Below, in pieces: positions 29,214 through 37,911 of a stretch of DNA of 37,911 nucleotides. The notes beneath the pieces are model-generated. The model was not told the origin of the DNA. It saw only the letters and a program-made list of their open reading frames with translations, and searched no databases. The DNA is from an uncultured bacterium (GTDB lineage: Bacteria > DYJV01): positions 1 through 37,911 of the forward strand of contig CAZIZE010000055.1 of the NCBI GenBank assembly GCA_964543655.1, written 5' to 3'. The translations under genes and the position numbers were made by a program. Every line of letters begins with the position of its first letter. The first letter of the stretch is position 1.

Positions 29214-30206
29214 ATGAAAATTATTTTGCCAGTAGCAGGCAAGGGTACGAGGTTGAGACCACACACATTTACCAGAGCAAAATCACTTGTAAATGTAGCA
29301 GGGAAGACAATTCTTGAACATATACTAAACAATCTTTTAAAAATCAGCAATATTGAAGAATTTATCTTTATTGTAGATGACAATGGTGGACAGATTCAAG
29401 AATTTGTTGAAAAAAGGTATCCAGACTTAAAGTGTGAATATAGGGTGCAAAAAGAGAGAAAAGGCCCTGCTCATGCTATCTGGCTTGCAAAAGATTTGGT
29501 GGAAGATTCAGATTTACTTATTGTTTTTAATGATACAATGTTTATAACTGATCTAACTAAAATTGATGAATTATGCAAAAACCTCGATGGATTGATATAT
29601 TCAAAAGAAGTTGAAGATTATAAAAGGTTTGGTGTGAACATTGTTAAGGATGGTGTTATTGTAGATATGGTGGAGAAACCTGATAAGCCTGTTTCAAAAC
29701 TTGCACAGGTAGGATTGTATTACTTAAAAAGTGGTAAGCAATTAATGGATGCAATAGAGGAGACAATTAAAAAAAATCTTACTGTTAAAGGTGAATTTTA
29801 TTTACCTGAAGCTTTTAAATTAATGATAAAAAATGGAGCAAAATTTGGTGCTCCTACTATTGATCAATGGCTTGATTGTGGCACAAGAGAGACTCTTTTA
29901 AGCACAAATAAATATCTACTTGAACGGTACAACAATAACTTTTGCAGTGCCTGTAAAAACAGTATAATTGTGCCTCCTGTTTATATTGACAAAGGTGTAG
30001 AAATTGAAAACTCTGTTATTGGTCCATATGTTTCCATTGGAAGAGATGCAAAAATTTCAAATTCAATAATAAATGATTCTATAATAAATGCAAATACATT
30101 TATTGATAGAGTGATTCTCAGTTCCTCTTTAATTGGAGAAAATGTTAATATTGAAGGGAAAATTAACACACTTGATATAGGAGACAATTGTATAGTTAAG
30201 CTATAA
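29214..30206 (+). CDS. Sugar-phosphate nucleotidyltransferase with C-terminal left-handed beta-helix
   Basis: AGKGTRLRPHT...K, VEKP, WLDCG, hexapeptide repeats (NSVIGPYVSIG). Confidence 0.9.
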   Translation: MKIILPVAGKGTRLRPHTFTRAKSLVNVAGKTILEHILNNLLKISNIEEFIFIVDDNGGQIQEFVEKRYPDLKCEYRVQKERKGPAHAIWLAKDLVEDSDLLIVFNDTMFITDLTKIDELCKNLDGLIYSKEVEDYKRFGVNIVKDGVIVDMVEKPDKPVSKLAQVGLYYLKSGKQLMDAIEETIKKNLTVKGEFYLPEAFKLMIKNGAKFGAPTIDQWLDCGTRETLLSTNKYLLERYNNNFCSACKNSIIVPPVYIDKGVEIENSVIGPYVSIGRDAKISNSIINDSIINANTFIDRVILSSSLIGENVNIEGKINTLDIGDNCIVKL

Positions 30207-30210
30207 AATT

Positions 30211-31227
30211 TTAATGTATGTTGTAATTGGTATCAAATATCTCATTGGGAGAGGTGATAATAACAACTCTAAAGTGTGGAATTTTCTTGAATTTGCTGTA
30301 AAAATTTTTTTGAAAAACTTTTTTACCCATAACAAAAATAGCAGTTGCCAGTCCATCAGCAATAAATGCGCTATTGGCGCACACAGTAACGCTATGCACA
30401 CCTCTTGCTGGATAACCAGTAAATGGATTTATAATATGGTGATACTTTATGCCATTTTTAATAAAGAATCTTTCATAATCACCTGATGTAACCACAGCCC
30501 AGTTGCCCACTTTTAAGGTTTTAATGACATTATACTCATCATTTTTAAATGGATTTCTAATTCCTACATTCCAGAGAACTTTTCTATTTTCTTTAAAACC
30601 AATAAACCTTATATCCCCTCCTGCATTAATCACACCTTTGGAAATTTTTTTTGATTTTAAATACTCTATTCCTCTATCTATAATGTAGCCTTTTGCAACA
30701 GCACCAACATCAATTGAAATTCCTTTTTTAGTAATAAATACAGTATTATTTTTTTTGTCAATTTTTATAAATTGCAAACCTTTTAATTTAAGAGCATTTT
30801 CCAAAGCTTTTTTATCAGGTATGTGTGGATGCTGTGTTGCAAAGCCCCATAATTTGAGAACAGCTCCTATTGAAATATCAAGATAATTGCCAGTAGATCT
30901 GCACAGAGCCATTGATTTTTCTAAAAAATCTATTATTACTTTGTCAACTTTCACAGGCTTAATACCTGCATATTTGTTAATTTTGTAAATCTCACCATTT
31001 TTATTATAATTGTTAATTTTTATTGAAAGTCTTCTTAATAATCTAAAGGTGTTATCTATTAAATCTTCAAGATAATTTTTATCCTTCCCATAAATTTTAA
31101 CAGTTACAACTGTATCCATTAAAATTTCAGTTTTCTGAACTGGAATTAAGAATCTGTCTCTATGAAAGATATAGGTAGTGATAATTCCTACAATAATAAA
31201 AATTAAAACTAAATTCTTTTTTGTCAT
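30211..31227 (-). CDS. apbE: FAD:protein FMN transferase
   Basis: MDT, DVGAVAKGY, NAGGDI, TSGDYER, YHHIINP.TG, ADGLATA. Confidence 0.95.
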   Translation of the reverse strand: MTKKNLVLIFIIVGIITTYIFHRDRFLIPVQKTEILMDTVVTVKIYGKDKNYLEDLIDNTFRLLRRLSIKINNYNKNGEIYKINKYAGIKPVKVDKVIIDFLEKSMALCRSTGNYLDISIGAVLKLWGFATQHPHIPDKKALENALKLKGLQFIKIDKKNNTVFITKKGISIDVGAVAKGYIIDRGIEYLKSKKISKGVINAGGDIRFIGFKENRKVLWNVGIRNPFKNDEYNVIKTLKVGNWAVVTSGDYERFFIKNGIKYHHIINPFTGYPARGVHSVTVCANSAFIADGLATAIFVMGKKVFQKNFYSKFKKIPHFRVVIITSPNEIFDTNYNIH

Positions 31228-31385
31228 TAATTAAAATGCTCCATCTGATTTTAATAAAGGAAATTTTTCTGAAAAGGACATAATTTGAATCCTATGCCTG
31301 ACGTTTGATTTTTTATATCTAAATCTGAAATTCAAAAGATAATTTAGTAGCCAGTTATAATTAGACTAAACCTTTATCATTAAAT

Positions 31386-31417
31386 CCTCCACACTCCTCT
31401 TGAAGAGGAGGTGGAAG
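31386..31417 (-). terminator. GC-rich hairpin just after the aminopeptidase stop (terminator or stability element)
   Basis: Minus strand CTTCCAC-CTCCTCT-tca-AGAGGAG-t-GTGGAGG, with only a weak U-tract. Confidence 0.5.
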
Positions 31418-31423
31418 TGGTGC

Positions 31424-32821
31424 TTAATTTTCATTGTAAAATGCTTTATAAGCTTTGTAAGTTTCATAAACATCAGCTTTACTTGATATCTCAAAAGGTG
31501 AGTGCATGCCCAGTAGTGCTGTACCAATATCTATAACATCCATTCCATATTCAGCAAGAAATTTTGCAACAGTTCCCCCACCACCTTCATCTACTTTGCC
31601 AAGTTCACCTGTCTGCCAAACAACATTATTTTTATTGAGAATTTTTCTAATCCATCCCATAAATTCAGCATGCGCATCATTGGCACTATACTTACCGCCT
31701 GAGCCTGTGAACTTTGTAACACAAACACCATATCCGATAATAGCTGCATTCTGCTTTTCATGAACATCTTGATAAACTGGATTTACAGCACCATTAACAT
31801 CTGCAGAAACAGCTCTGGAATTAAATAAAACCTCTTTTAAAAGAAATTCTGATGGATTTTCAAATTTCTTTTCAAGGATTTTAGAAACAACATATTCAAG
31901 GAACCTTGCTTTTGCTCCTGTGTTGCCATCACTACCTATCTCCTCTTTGTCTGCAAAAAGAGCAACAATAGTGTCGTCACTATTAAGTGAGTCAAAAAAA
32001 GCTTTTAATGATGTAAAAGCACAAACTCTGTCATCTTGCCCATAAGCACCAATGAAACTTCTGTCTATTCCAACATCTCTTGCTTTAAAACAAGGGACTA
32101 TTTCAACTTCTGCTGAGAGAAAATCCTCTTCTACTAAGTTGTATTTCTCATTTAATATTTTTAATATATTGAGTTTTATTGCTTCTTTAATTTCATCATC
32201 CTCATTGGTTAAAGGAATTCCACCAAACATTACAACAAGCTTTTCACCAGGAATTGCTTCAAAAACCTTTTTCTCTCCCTGAGTTTTTCTTGCAAGGTGT
32301 GGTAGTAGATCCGCTATGGTAAAAACTGGATCATTATCATCCTCTCCAATAACAATTTCAAGCTTTTCACCATTTTCTTTAATGAATGTGCCATATAAGC
32401 TAAGAGGTATGCTAACCCAGTGATACTTTTTAATACCACCATAATAGTGTGTTCTTAATAGGCCAACACCAACATCTTCAAAAAGAGGATTCTGCTTGAG
32501 ATCCAACCTTGGTGAATCAATATGTGAAACTATAAACTTTATCCCATTTTCAATGCTATTTTTACCAAGTTTCACAAGGGCAAGGCTCTTTCCTCTATTG
32601 GACACAATAAATTTCTCATTGCTATTTTTATAATCAGAAAAGCCATGCTCTTTTGCTATATTTAAAATATAATCAAAAGCTTTTCTCTCTGTTTTTGCAA
32701 AATCTAAAAACTTTTTATACTCTTCTGCAAATTCAAAAATATTTTCAATATTTTCTTTATTAAGCTCCCATGCAGATTTTTTAGTTATTTTTAATTTTTT
32801 TTCAAGGTCTTTTATTTCCAT
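31424..32821 (-). CDS. M18 family (aspartyl) aminopeptidase
   Basis: SHIDSPRLDLK, THYYGGIKKY.W, GQDDR, DKEEIGS, SADV, GKVD.GGGGT, MHSPFE. Confidence 0.94.
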   Translation of the reverse strand: MEIKDLEKKLKITKKSAWELNKENIENIFEFAEEYKKFLDFAKTERKAFDYILNIAKEHGFSDYKNSNEKFIVSNRGKSLALVKLGKNSIENGIKFIVSHIDSPRLDLKQNPLFEDVGVGLLRTHYYGGIKKYHWVSIPLSLYGTFIKENGEKLEIVIGEDDNDPVFTIADLLPHLARKTQGEKKVFEAIPGEKLVVMFGGIPLTNEDDEIKEAIKLNILKILNEKYNLVEEDFLSAEVEIVPCFKARDVGIDRSFIGAYGQDDRVCAFTSLKAFFDSLNSDDTIVALFADKEEIGSDGNTGAKARFLEYVVSKILEKKFENPSEFLLKEVLFNSRAVSADVNGAVNPVYQDVHEKQNAAIIGYGVCVTKFTGSGGKYSANDAHAEFMGWIRKILNKNNVVWQTGELGKVDEGGGGTVAKFLAEYGMDVIDIGTALLGMHSPFEISSKADVYETYKAYKAFYNEN

Positions 32822-32884
32822 ACAAGAAACCTCCTTTTTTTAAATTTTCTATCAAATACCATTTAAATTGTCAAACTTTTACAT

Positions 32885-34009
32885 TTAAGTAAAAAACTCT
32901 GCAAATATGTAATCACTTAGTAGAAATCCCTTTTCTGTTAATGAAAGTTTATTATTTTCAATGGTTATCAAGTTATTCTTTAATAAATTTTCAATCTTTT
33001 TCTTAAATTTATCTCTAAAATCAAAATTAAACTTTTTAAAAAAATCTTCTAAATCTAATCCTTCTTTTTTCCTTAAATTTAGAAAGATATATTCATTTTG
33101 TAAAGTTGTTTTTGAAAGAGATTCTTTATAAGCTACTGGAAATTTATGTTGAGAAACTTTTTCTATATACTCAATTACATTAGATAAATTGCTCCATCTC
33201 TCTATATTATAAAATGAATGTGCACCAGCACCAAAACCCAAGTAATTTACACCTTTCCAGTAGTTGATATTGTGCTTTGAATAATAATCACTTTTACAGT
33301 AATTTGATATTTCATAATGAGTATATCCTGCTTTTTGAAGGTATTTGCTTATAAGCATATACATTTCTGAATAGGTATTCTCATCTACCTCTTTAACTCC
33401 TGTTTCATAAAATTTACTTCCTTTCTCTATTGATAGGCCATAAATTGATATATGAGGAAGATTGTAATTCACTGCTATTGATAAGTCCTGTTCTACTATT
33501 TTTTTATTCTGACCTGGTACAGCAAAGATGAGATCAATGCTTAAATTTTTAAAAATCTTAATTGATTTTTCAATAGCTTCCTTACAATCCTTTTTATTAT
33601 GTGGCCTTTTAAGAAACTTTAAAATTTCATTGTTAAAACTCTGTATACCAATGCTTAATCTATTAATACCAATACTTTTATAAAATTTCAATGCAGTAGT
33701 TGATACTGTTGCTGGGTTTGCTTCTAATGTTATCTCTATACAATTTTCTAATTGAAATTTTTCTAAGATTTTTTCTATATATTTTTTTTCAACAATAGAT
33801 GGTGTGCCACCACCAAAGTAAATAGTTTCTATAGTTGAGTTTTTTATAATATCTGAATATAGTTGAATTTCAAATAGAATAGCTTCGAAGTATTCTTTAA
33901 TAATCTTATGTGAAAAAGATTTTAAAGGATATGAGCAGAATGAGCAATAATTGCACTTTGAAATGCAAAAAGGGATATGAATGTATATCCCTAATTTATT
34001 TTTCCCCAT
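32885..34009 (-). CDS. hemW: Radical SAM heme chaperone HemW
   Basis: YIHIPFC..KC.YC, YFGGGTPS, EANP, YEISNY, HNINYW (HemW HNxxYW motif). Confidence 0.92.
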   Translation of the reverse strand: MGKNKLGIYIHIPFCISKCNYCSFCSYPLKSFSHKIIKEYFEAILFEIQLYSDIIKNSTIETIYFGGGTPSIVEKKYIEKILEKFQLENCIEITLEANPATVSTTALKFYKSIGINRLSIGIQSFNNEILKFLKRPHNKKDCKEAIEKSIKIFKNLSIDLIFAVPGQNKKIVEQDLSIAVNYNLPHISIYGLSIEKGSKFYETGVKEVDENTYSEMYMLISKYLQKAGYTHYEISNYCKSDYYSKHNINYWKGVNYLGFGAGAHSFYNIERWSNLSNVIEYIEKVSQHKFPVAYKESLSKTTLQNEYIFLNLRKKEGLDLEDFFKKFNFDFRDKFKKKIENLLKNNLITIENNKLSLTEKGFLLSDYIFAEFFT

Positions 34010-35757
34010 TATAGTAAGTTTTTCATAGATTCCAATTTCTCAATTACATTATTTAATTTTTCTATCTCTTCATCTATTTTGCCTGCCTGATTCTGTCTTT
34101 TGTATATAGCTTTTTCTACTGCACCTTTTGTTGCATTTATAACTTCTTCCATTTGTCTGTCAAAATCAAAGTTAAACTCTCTGAAAGTATCTTGAATCCC
34201 CTGGAAAATAGACCATCTTAAGTTCTCTATATTTGAATTTAATAACATATCAAGTTTGTCAATGTATCTTTTCAAAAGTTTCTTTTTTAAAATATTTTTA
34301 GGCATAAGGGTATCAACAACGGTGTTTGATATTGCAGTAAGAGTTGTATCCCATCTATTAACAACCCAGTAAGGCTTAATTCGCATTTTTAAACCTTTAT
34401 CACCCTGTAAAGGAATATAAGGAATATCCATAAGCTTCATTGCATTTTTTCTAATAGTCTCTATAACTTCCATTGCTTTATCTTCATGAGCTCCTAAAAT
34501 TTCAGATGCTTTTTTATTAAAATTACGTGAAAATATTCCAAATTCTCTTTCAAAATATGGTGGAATAGATTTTTTTATATATTCATCAACTTTTATTTTT
34601 ATTTCAGCAGGTTCATTTGAATTACAAATTTCAACAATCTCCTTCTGAAAATAGTTAAATGCTTTTTCTTTAAGTTTATCAGCTTCATTGTCAAGGAATT
34701 GCTCAACTCTTTTCATATCTCCTTTTAATATATCACCAACATAGATTTTCTGCTCTTTTGCTTTTTCTATTTCTTGTTCAAGTATTTTAATCTTCTCTTC
34801 TAATTCTTCAAGTGGCGATTGGTACGATTTAATTAATATTTTAAGCTGCATTAAAATATTTTCAATTATATCTTTTGCCTTAATTGAAATTGCCTTTTTT
34901 AATGCCTCTCCTTTCTCTTTTTCCATAAATTCAAGTATATTGTTTTCAAGAAAGGAAATATTGCTTTCTTTTAAAAGAATGTTGTTATCTTTTAACTTAC
35001 CATTAATCGCTTTTTTAGCGGAAATTGGAAATACCTCAATATCATTGGTAAGATTTAGCTCTTTTTTTATTACTTTTTTTAAGAAATTAATACTTGTTTC
35101 AAGCTCATCTTCATCAAGGTAATCTATTTTATTTAAAACAAAAAATATTTTTGGTACACTTGAAAAGATAGACTTTAAAAAATCAAGTTCAACTTCGGTA
35201 ATTGGTGGGTCAGAAGATGTTACAAAAAGTGCTGCATCGCATTGAGGCAAAAAATTGATAGTCATTTCTGTATTATGTTTGTAAGTGGAGCCAATGCCAG
35301 GAGTATCAATAAGTACAAAGCCTTTTTTTAAAAGATCTGATGGATAATGAATCTCAACATGGGATACACCAAGTTTATTTTCTGGATTGCCAGATTCTGT
35401 AACATATTTATCAAGAAAATTTTTTAATTCATCAATATCTCCTTTGAAAATCTCCTCCTTGCTCATTTTAGCAAGGAAACAAACTTTTGCAAAAAGAGAG
35501 GGGTTGTAATATATAAATGTGGGAATAGCTGTAAGAGGCAAAACTGCTGTAGGCATTAATTTGGCACCAAGTAATGAATTAACAAGGGTGCTTTTGCCTC
35601 TTTTAAATTGGCCTAAAACTGCAAGGTGAAAACGTCCTTCTTGTAATCTCTGATTTAACTCAACTAACTTTTCTTTAAATGATTCAAGGTTAAGGTCTTC
35701 TATTGAAGTGATTTCAATTACCTGATTGAGAGTCTCCACAAGGTTGAGCTTTCCCAT
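34009..35757 (-). CDS. Bacterial dynamin-like GTPase
   Basis: G1 GQFKRGKS, G2 PLT, G3 DTPG, G4 NKID, long helical stalk. ATG 35757 with GGGAGA SD; TAATG overlap with hemW. Confidence 0.9.
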   Translation of the reverse strand: MGKLNLVETLNQVIEITSIEDLNLESFKEKLVELNQRLQEGRFHLAVLGQFKRGKSTLVNSLLGAKLMPTAVLPLTAIPTFIYYNPSLFAKVCFLAKMSKEEIFKGDIDELKNFLDKYVTESGNPENKLGVSHVEIHYPSDLLKKGFVLIDTPGIGSTYKHNTEMTINFLPQCDAALFVTSSDPPITEVELDFLKSIFSSVPKIFFVLNKIDYLDEDELETSINFLKKVIKKELNLTNDIEVFPISAKKAINGKLKDNNILLKESNISFLENNILEFMEKEKGEALKKAISIKAKDIIENILMQLKILIKSYQSPLEELEEKIKILEQEIEKAKEQKIYVGDILKGDMKRVEQFLDNEADKLKEKAFNYFQKEIVEICNSNEPAEIKIKVDEYIKKSIPPYFEREFGIFSRNFNKKASEILGAHEDKAMEVIETIRKNAMKLMDIPYIPLQGDKGLKMRIKPYWVVNRWDTTLTAISNTVVDTLMPKNILKKKLLKRYIDKLDMLLNSNIENLRWSIFQGIQDTFREFNFDFDRQMEEVINATKGAVEKAIYKRQNQAGKIDEEIEKLNNVIEKLESMKNLL

Positions 35758-35782
35758 GTTATTTCTCCCTTTAACTTTTTTC

Positions 35783-35834
35783 AAGTAGGAGTCATTAGCC
35801 AGATAGGCAGTTTTCGGGAGACTCCATTCCCATG
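35783..35834 (-). ncRNA. Fluoride riboswitch (crcB motif)
   Basis: Minus strand GGGAATGGAGTCTCCCGAAAACTGCCTATCTGGCTAATGACTCCTAC matches the consensus GGnnATGGnGTnnnCC...AACYGC...GCTRATGRCTYCTRC. P1 GGGA/UCCC, hairpin GCC/GGC, pseudoknot GGAGUC/GACUCC. Confidence 0.93.
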
Positions 35835-35970
35835 TTTTTTGTGAAATAAATACAGTTTGATATAAAATAAAAATATTAAAATTGCAAGAAAATATTAAAT
35901 AATGCTTTTGCATAATAAATAGTTCCAATACAATCTTTCTCTTTGCCTGCATCAGAATTAGAATGACTTT

Positions 35971-36050
35971 TTTAGGGATTCTAAAGGAGTTTTCGTTACT
36001 GAATAATATAAACGAAATTGAATCAAGAGATTTTACAGAATGCCCCTAAA
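35971..36050. repeat. Imperfect long inverted repeat in the divergent intergenic region
   Basis: TTTAGGGATTCT (35971-35982) vs AGAATGCCCCTAAA (36037-36050), with inner TTTCGTT/AACGAAA. Confidence 0.5.
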
Positions 36051-36116
36051 GATACTATGCAAAAATTTTTATAGATTTAAATAGGTTGAAGTATTATTTT
36101 CAAAATTTAAAATTTA

Positions 36117-36145
36117 TTGCAAAATTAAGTTTCTTTGTATATAAT
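36117..36145 (+). promoter_or_regulatory. Sigma70 promoter for the amidohydrolase operon
   Basis: TTGCAA-N17-TATAAT, followed by AAGGAGG SD and a TTG start. Confidence 0.7.
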
Positions 36146-36166
36146 GAAAATAATAAGGAGGAGATA

Positions 36167-37003
36167 TTGAAAGTATTTGACATTCATCTTCATATAGGAC
36201 ACCTTTTTCAATGGAAAGAGAATGCCATTAAATTATGGATGGATACAGGAGATTATAGAGAAAAAATTTTTGATAAAAATGGAAGATTAATTATTGATAA
36301 TTATGTTGAAGTTCTTGCAAAGGAGGGTGTTGTTGCTGGGGTTCTATTACCAGAATATTCACCAATGACTGCTGGAGTTCTTCCAGTGGAAGAAGCAGTA
36401 AAATTCCAGGAAAAGTATCCTCAATTTTTAGCATTTGGTGCAGTTAATCCCAATGTTCACATTGATCCTTTAAAAGAGTTTAAAAGGCAGTTAGACCTTG
36501 GTGTGAAAGGTTTGAAATTACATTCTGTTCATGGACTATACTTTATAAATGATAGCAGACTTTATCCACTTTATCAATATTGTGAGGATAATCATATTCC
36601 TGTGATGCTCCATGCAGGCACTTCAATTTTTAAAGGAACAAGACTTAGACATGCTGACCCATATACCTTTGATGATGTAGCAACTGATTTCCCTGAACTT
36701 ACAATAATCTTATGCCATGCTGGGAGAGGTTTCTGGTATCATATTGCTGAATTTTTAATTAGAAGGCATAAAAATGTTTATATTGATGTATCAGGACTTC
36801 CGCCTAAAAATTTGTTAAAGTATTATCCAAGTATGGGCAGATTATCTCATAAGTTTATATTTGGCACTGATTTTCCAGGAGTTCCAGGTGTTAAAAAAAA
36901 TATCGATGCAATAAATGAATTGCCTATATCAGCAGAGGCAAAAGAAAGAATTTTTTATAAAAATGCTGTTAATCTCTTGAAGATAAATTTTAAGGAAATA
37001 TAA
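36167..37003 (+). CDS. Amidohydrolase_2 family metal-dependent hydrolase
   Basis: DIHLH, GLKLH, MLHAG, LCHAG, YIDVS, FGTDFP. TTG start at 36167. Confidence 0.9.
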   Translation: MKVFDIHLHIGHLFQWKENAIKLWMDTGDYREKIFDKNGRLIIDNYVEVLAKEGVVAGVLLPEYSPMTAGVLPVEEAVKFQEKYPQFLAFGAVNPNVHIDPLKEFKRQLDLGVKGLKLHSVHGLYFINDSRLYPLYQYCEDNHIPVMLHAGTSIFKGTRLRHADPYTFDDVATDFPELTIILCHAGRGFWYHIAEFLIRRHKNVYIDVSGLPPKNLLKYYPSMGRLSHKFIFGTDFPGVPGVKKNIDAINELPISAEAKERIFYKNAVNLLKINFKEI

Positions 37004-37004
37004 A

Positions 37005-37911
37005 ATGAGAATAATTTTTTTAAAGGGAAATAATTCTGAAATTGCAGAAGGTTATTTTAAATCATCAAAGGTGGTTAAAAAGAATTTAAAATATTATAAT
37101 AAACTAAGGAAAAAGATATTTACAAGGAATAGTAGAGGTTTTTTCAAAAAAAGCATTATAAAAGTTTTTGAATTATACTATTATAAATTTTTTGAAAAAA
37201 ATTTAGATGATAATTACAGAGAATTTATAAAAGAATTTTCTATTGCATCTAAAATAAAATATAAAAATTTTTCCAAACTTGTTTTAATCCCAGATGTATT
37301 AACATACGTTTTCTCAAAAGTTCCAAGTTTAAAAATACCTCATTATACTCTTGGCTGCTCATCTTGCATTAGAAAACTGGAAAATGGCATTGAACATGGT
37401 AGAAACCTCGATTTTTTTGGAGGAAATATCTGGTCAGGCTCACATGAAGTTGTGGTTGTTTCTCCTGAAGTTGGACAAAAGTTTATTTCTGTTTCAGCAG
37501 AGGGATTTTTTTCTCCTGGTATAACAGCTATTAATGAGTCATATCTTTCAATATCATTGCATATGCTTTACAGTGAAGAAGTTAATAAAAAAGGAGTTCC
37601 AATTTTAAACCTTGTTTATAATATCTTGCTTAATTCCTCAACTCTTGACGATGTAAGAGAGTATCTTAAAAGGTCAAAACCGATTACAGCATGGGGTTTA
37701 TTAATTACAGACCATAAAAGTGGAGAAGTTTCTGTTTTTGAAATTACAGGGAAAAATTTTCAAGAGTATAAAGTGGATGGAGAGACATTTGGTTATGTAA
37801 ATAAATTCATTACAGAACTTAAAAAAAGTGAATATCTTTTTTCATACTTATGGATTGAAAATAATAACAACCGTATAAAAAGAATAGATGAGCTTTTAGA
37901 AAATGAAACAA
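37005..37911 (+). CDS. C45 family autoproteolytic Ntn acyltransferase/hydrolase, runs off the right edge (not in ORF track)
   Basis: ATG 37005. G117|C118-S-S nucleophile site, HGRNLDF, GITAINE motifs. Confidence 0.82.
   Translation, partial: MRIIFLKGNNSEIAEGYFKSSKVVKKNLKYYNKLRKKIFTRNSRGFFKKSIIKVFELYYYKFFEKNLDDNYREFIKEFSIASKIKYKNFSKLVLIPDVLTYVFSKVPSLKIPHYTLGCSSCIRKLENGIEHGRNLDFFGGNIWSGSHEVVVVSPEVGQKFISVSAEGFFSPGITAINESYLSISLHMLYSEEVNKKGVPILNLVYNILLNSSTLDDVREYLKRSKPITAWGLLITDHKSGEVSVFEITGKNFQEYKVDGETFGYVNKFITELKKSEYLFSYLWIENNNNRIKRIDELLENET

Noticed and set aside
35838-35856. Rex-like sequence TTTGTGAAATAAATACAG next to the riboswitch
   Set aside because: Only the left half-site matches TTGTGAA-N4-TTCACAA.
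35758-35952. 65-aa N-terminal extension of the dynamin in the ORF track
   Set aside because: It runs through the riboswitch and AT-rich promoter DNA. ATG 35757 has a proper SD.
1-37911. CRISPR arrays, tRNA/rRNA, integrases, transposases, prophage or known defence genes
   Set aside because: No regularly spaced repeats, cloverleafs or such protein motifs were seen. The sirtuin has a classical Zn-finger deacylase form in a housekeeping context, not a defence-type SIR2.

Overview
AT-rich (roughly 30% GC by eye) chromosomal window from a Gram-negative, probably anaerobic bacterium. The porin style, the rplM-rpsI-argC synteny and the MetF-MetV fusion look Desulfobacterota/deltaproteobacteria-like, but this is inference. 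Content is mostly housekeeping and metabolic: partial porin, rplM-rpsI-argC, folate C1 genes (metF-metV fusion, folD, fchA), a lipid A acyltransferase, an xdhC-sirtuin-thioesterase-surE cluster, a Cache-PAS-GGDEF cyclase, an RND efflux system flanked by two hybrid histidine kinases, a CDF transporter, apbE, an M18 aminopeptidase, hemW, a dynamin-like GTPase, an amidohydrolase and a partial C45 Ntn-hydrolase. No CRISPR array, tRNA, rRNA or intact transposase was seen. The main find is a fluoride riboswitch (crcB motif, minus strand, about 35783-35834). It sits upstream of a stand-alone dynamin-like GTPase coupled to hemW rather than a fluoride exporter, and has an apparent anti-Shine-Dalgarno expression platform. 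Also noted: two small 4-Cys proteins (one missed by the ORF track), a FolD with a Gln-to-Glu change next to fchA, and a Cache module shared by the cyclase and a kinase.
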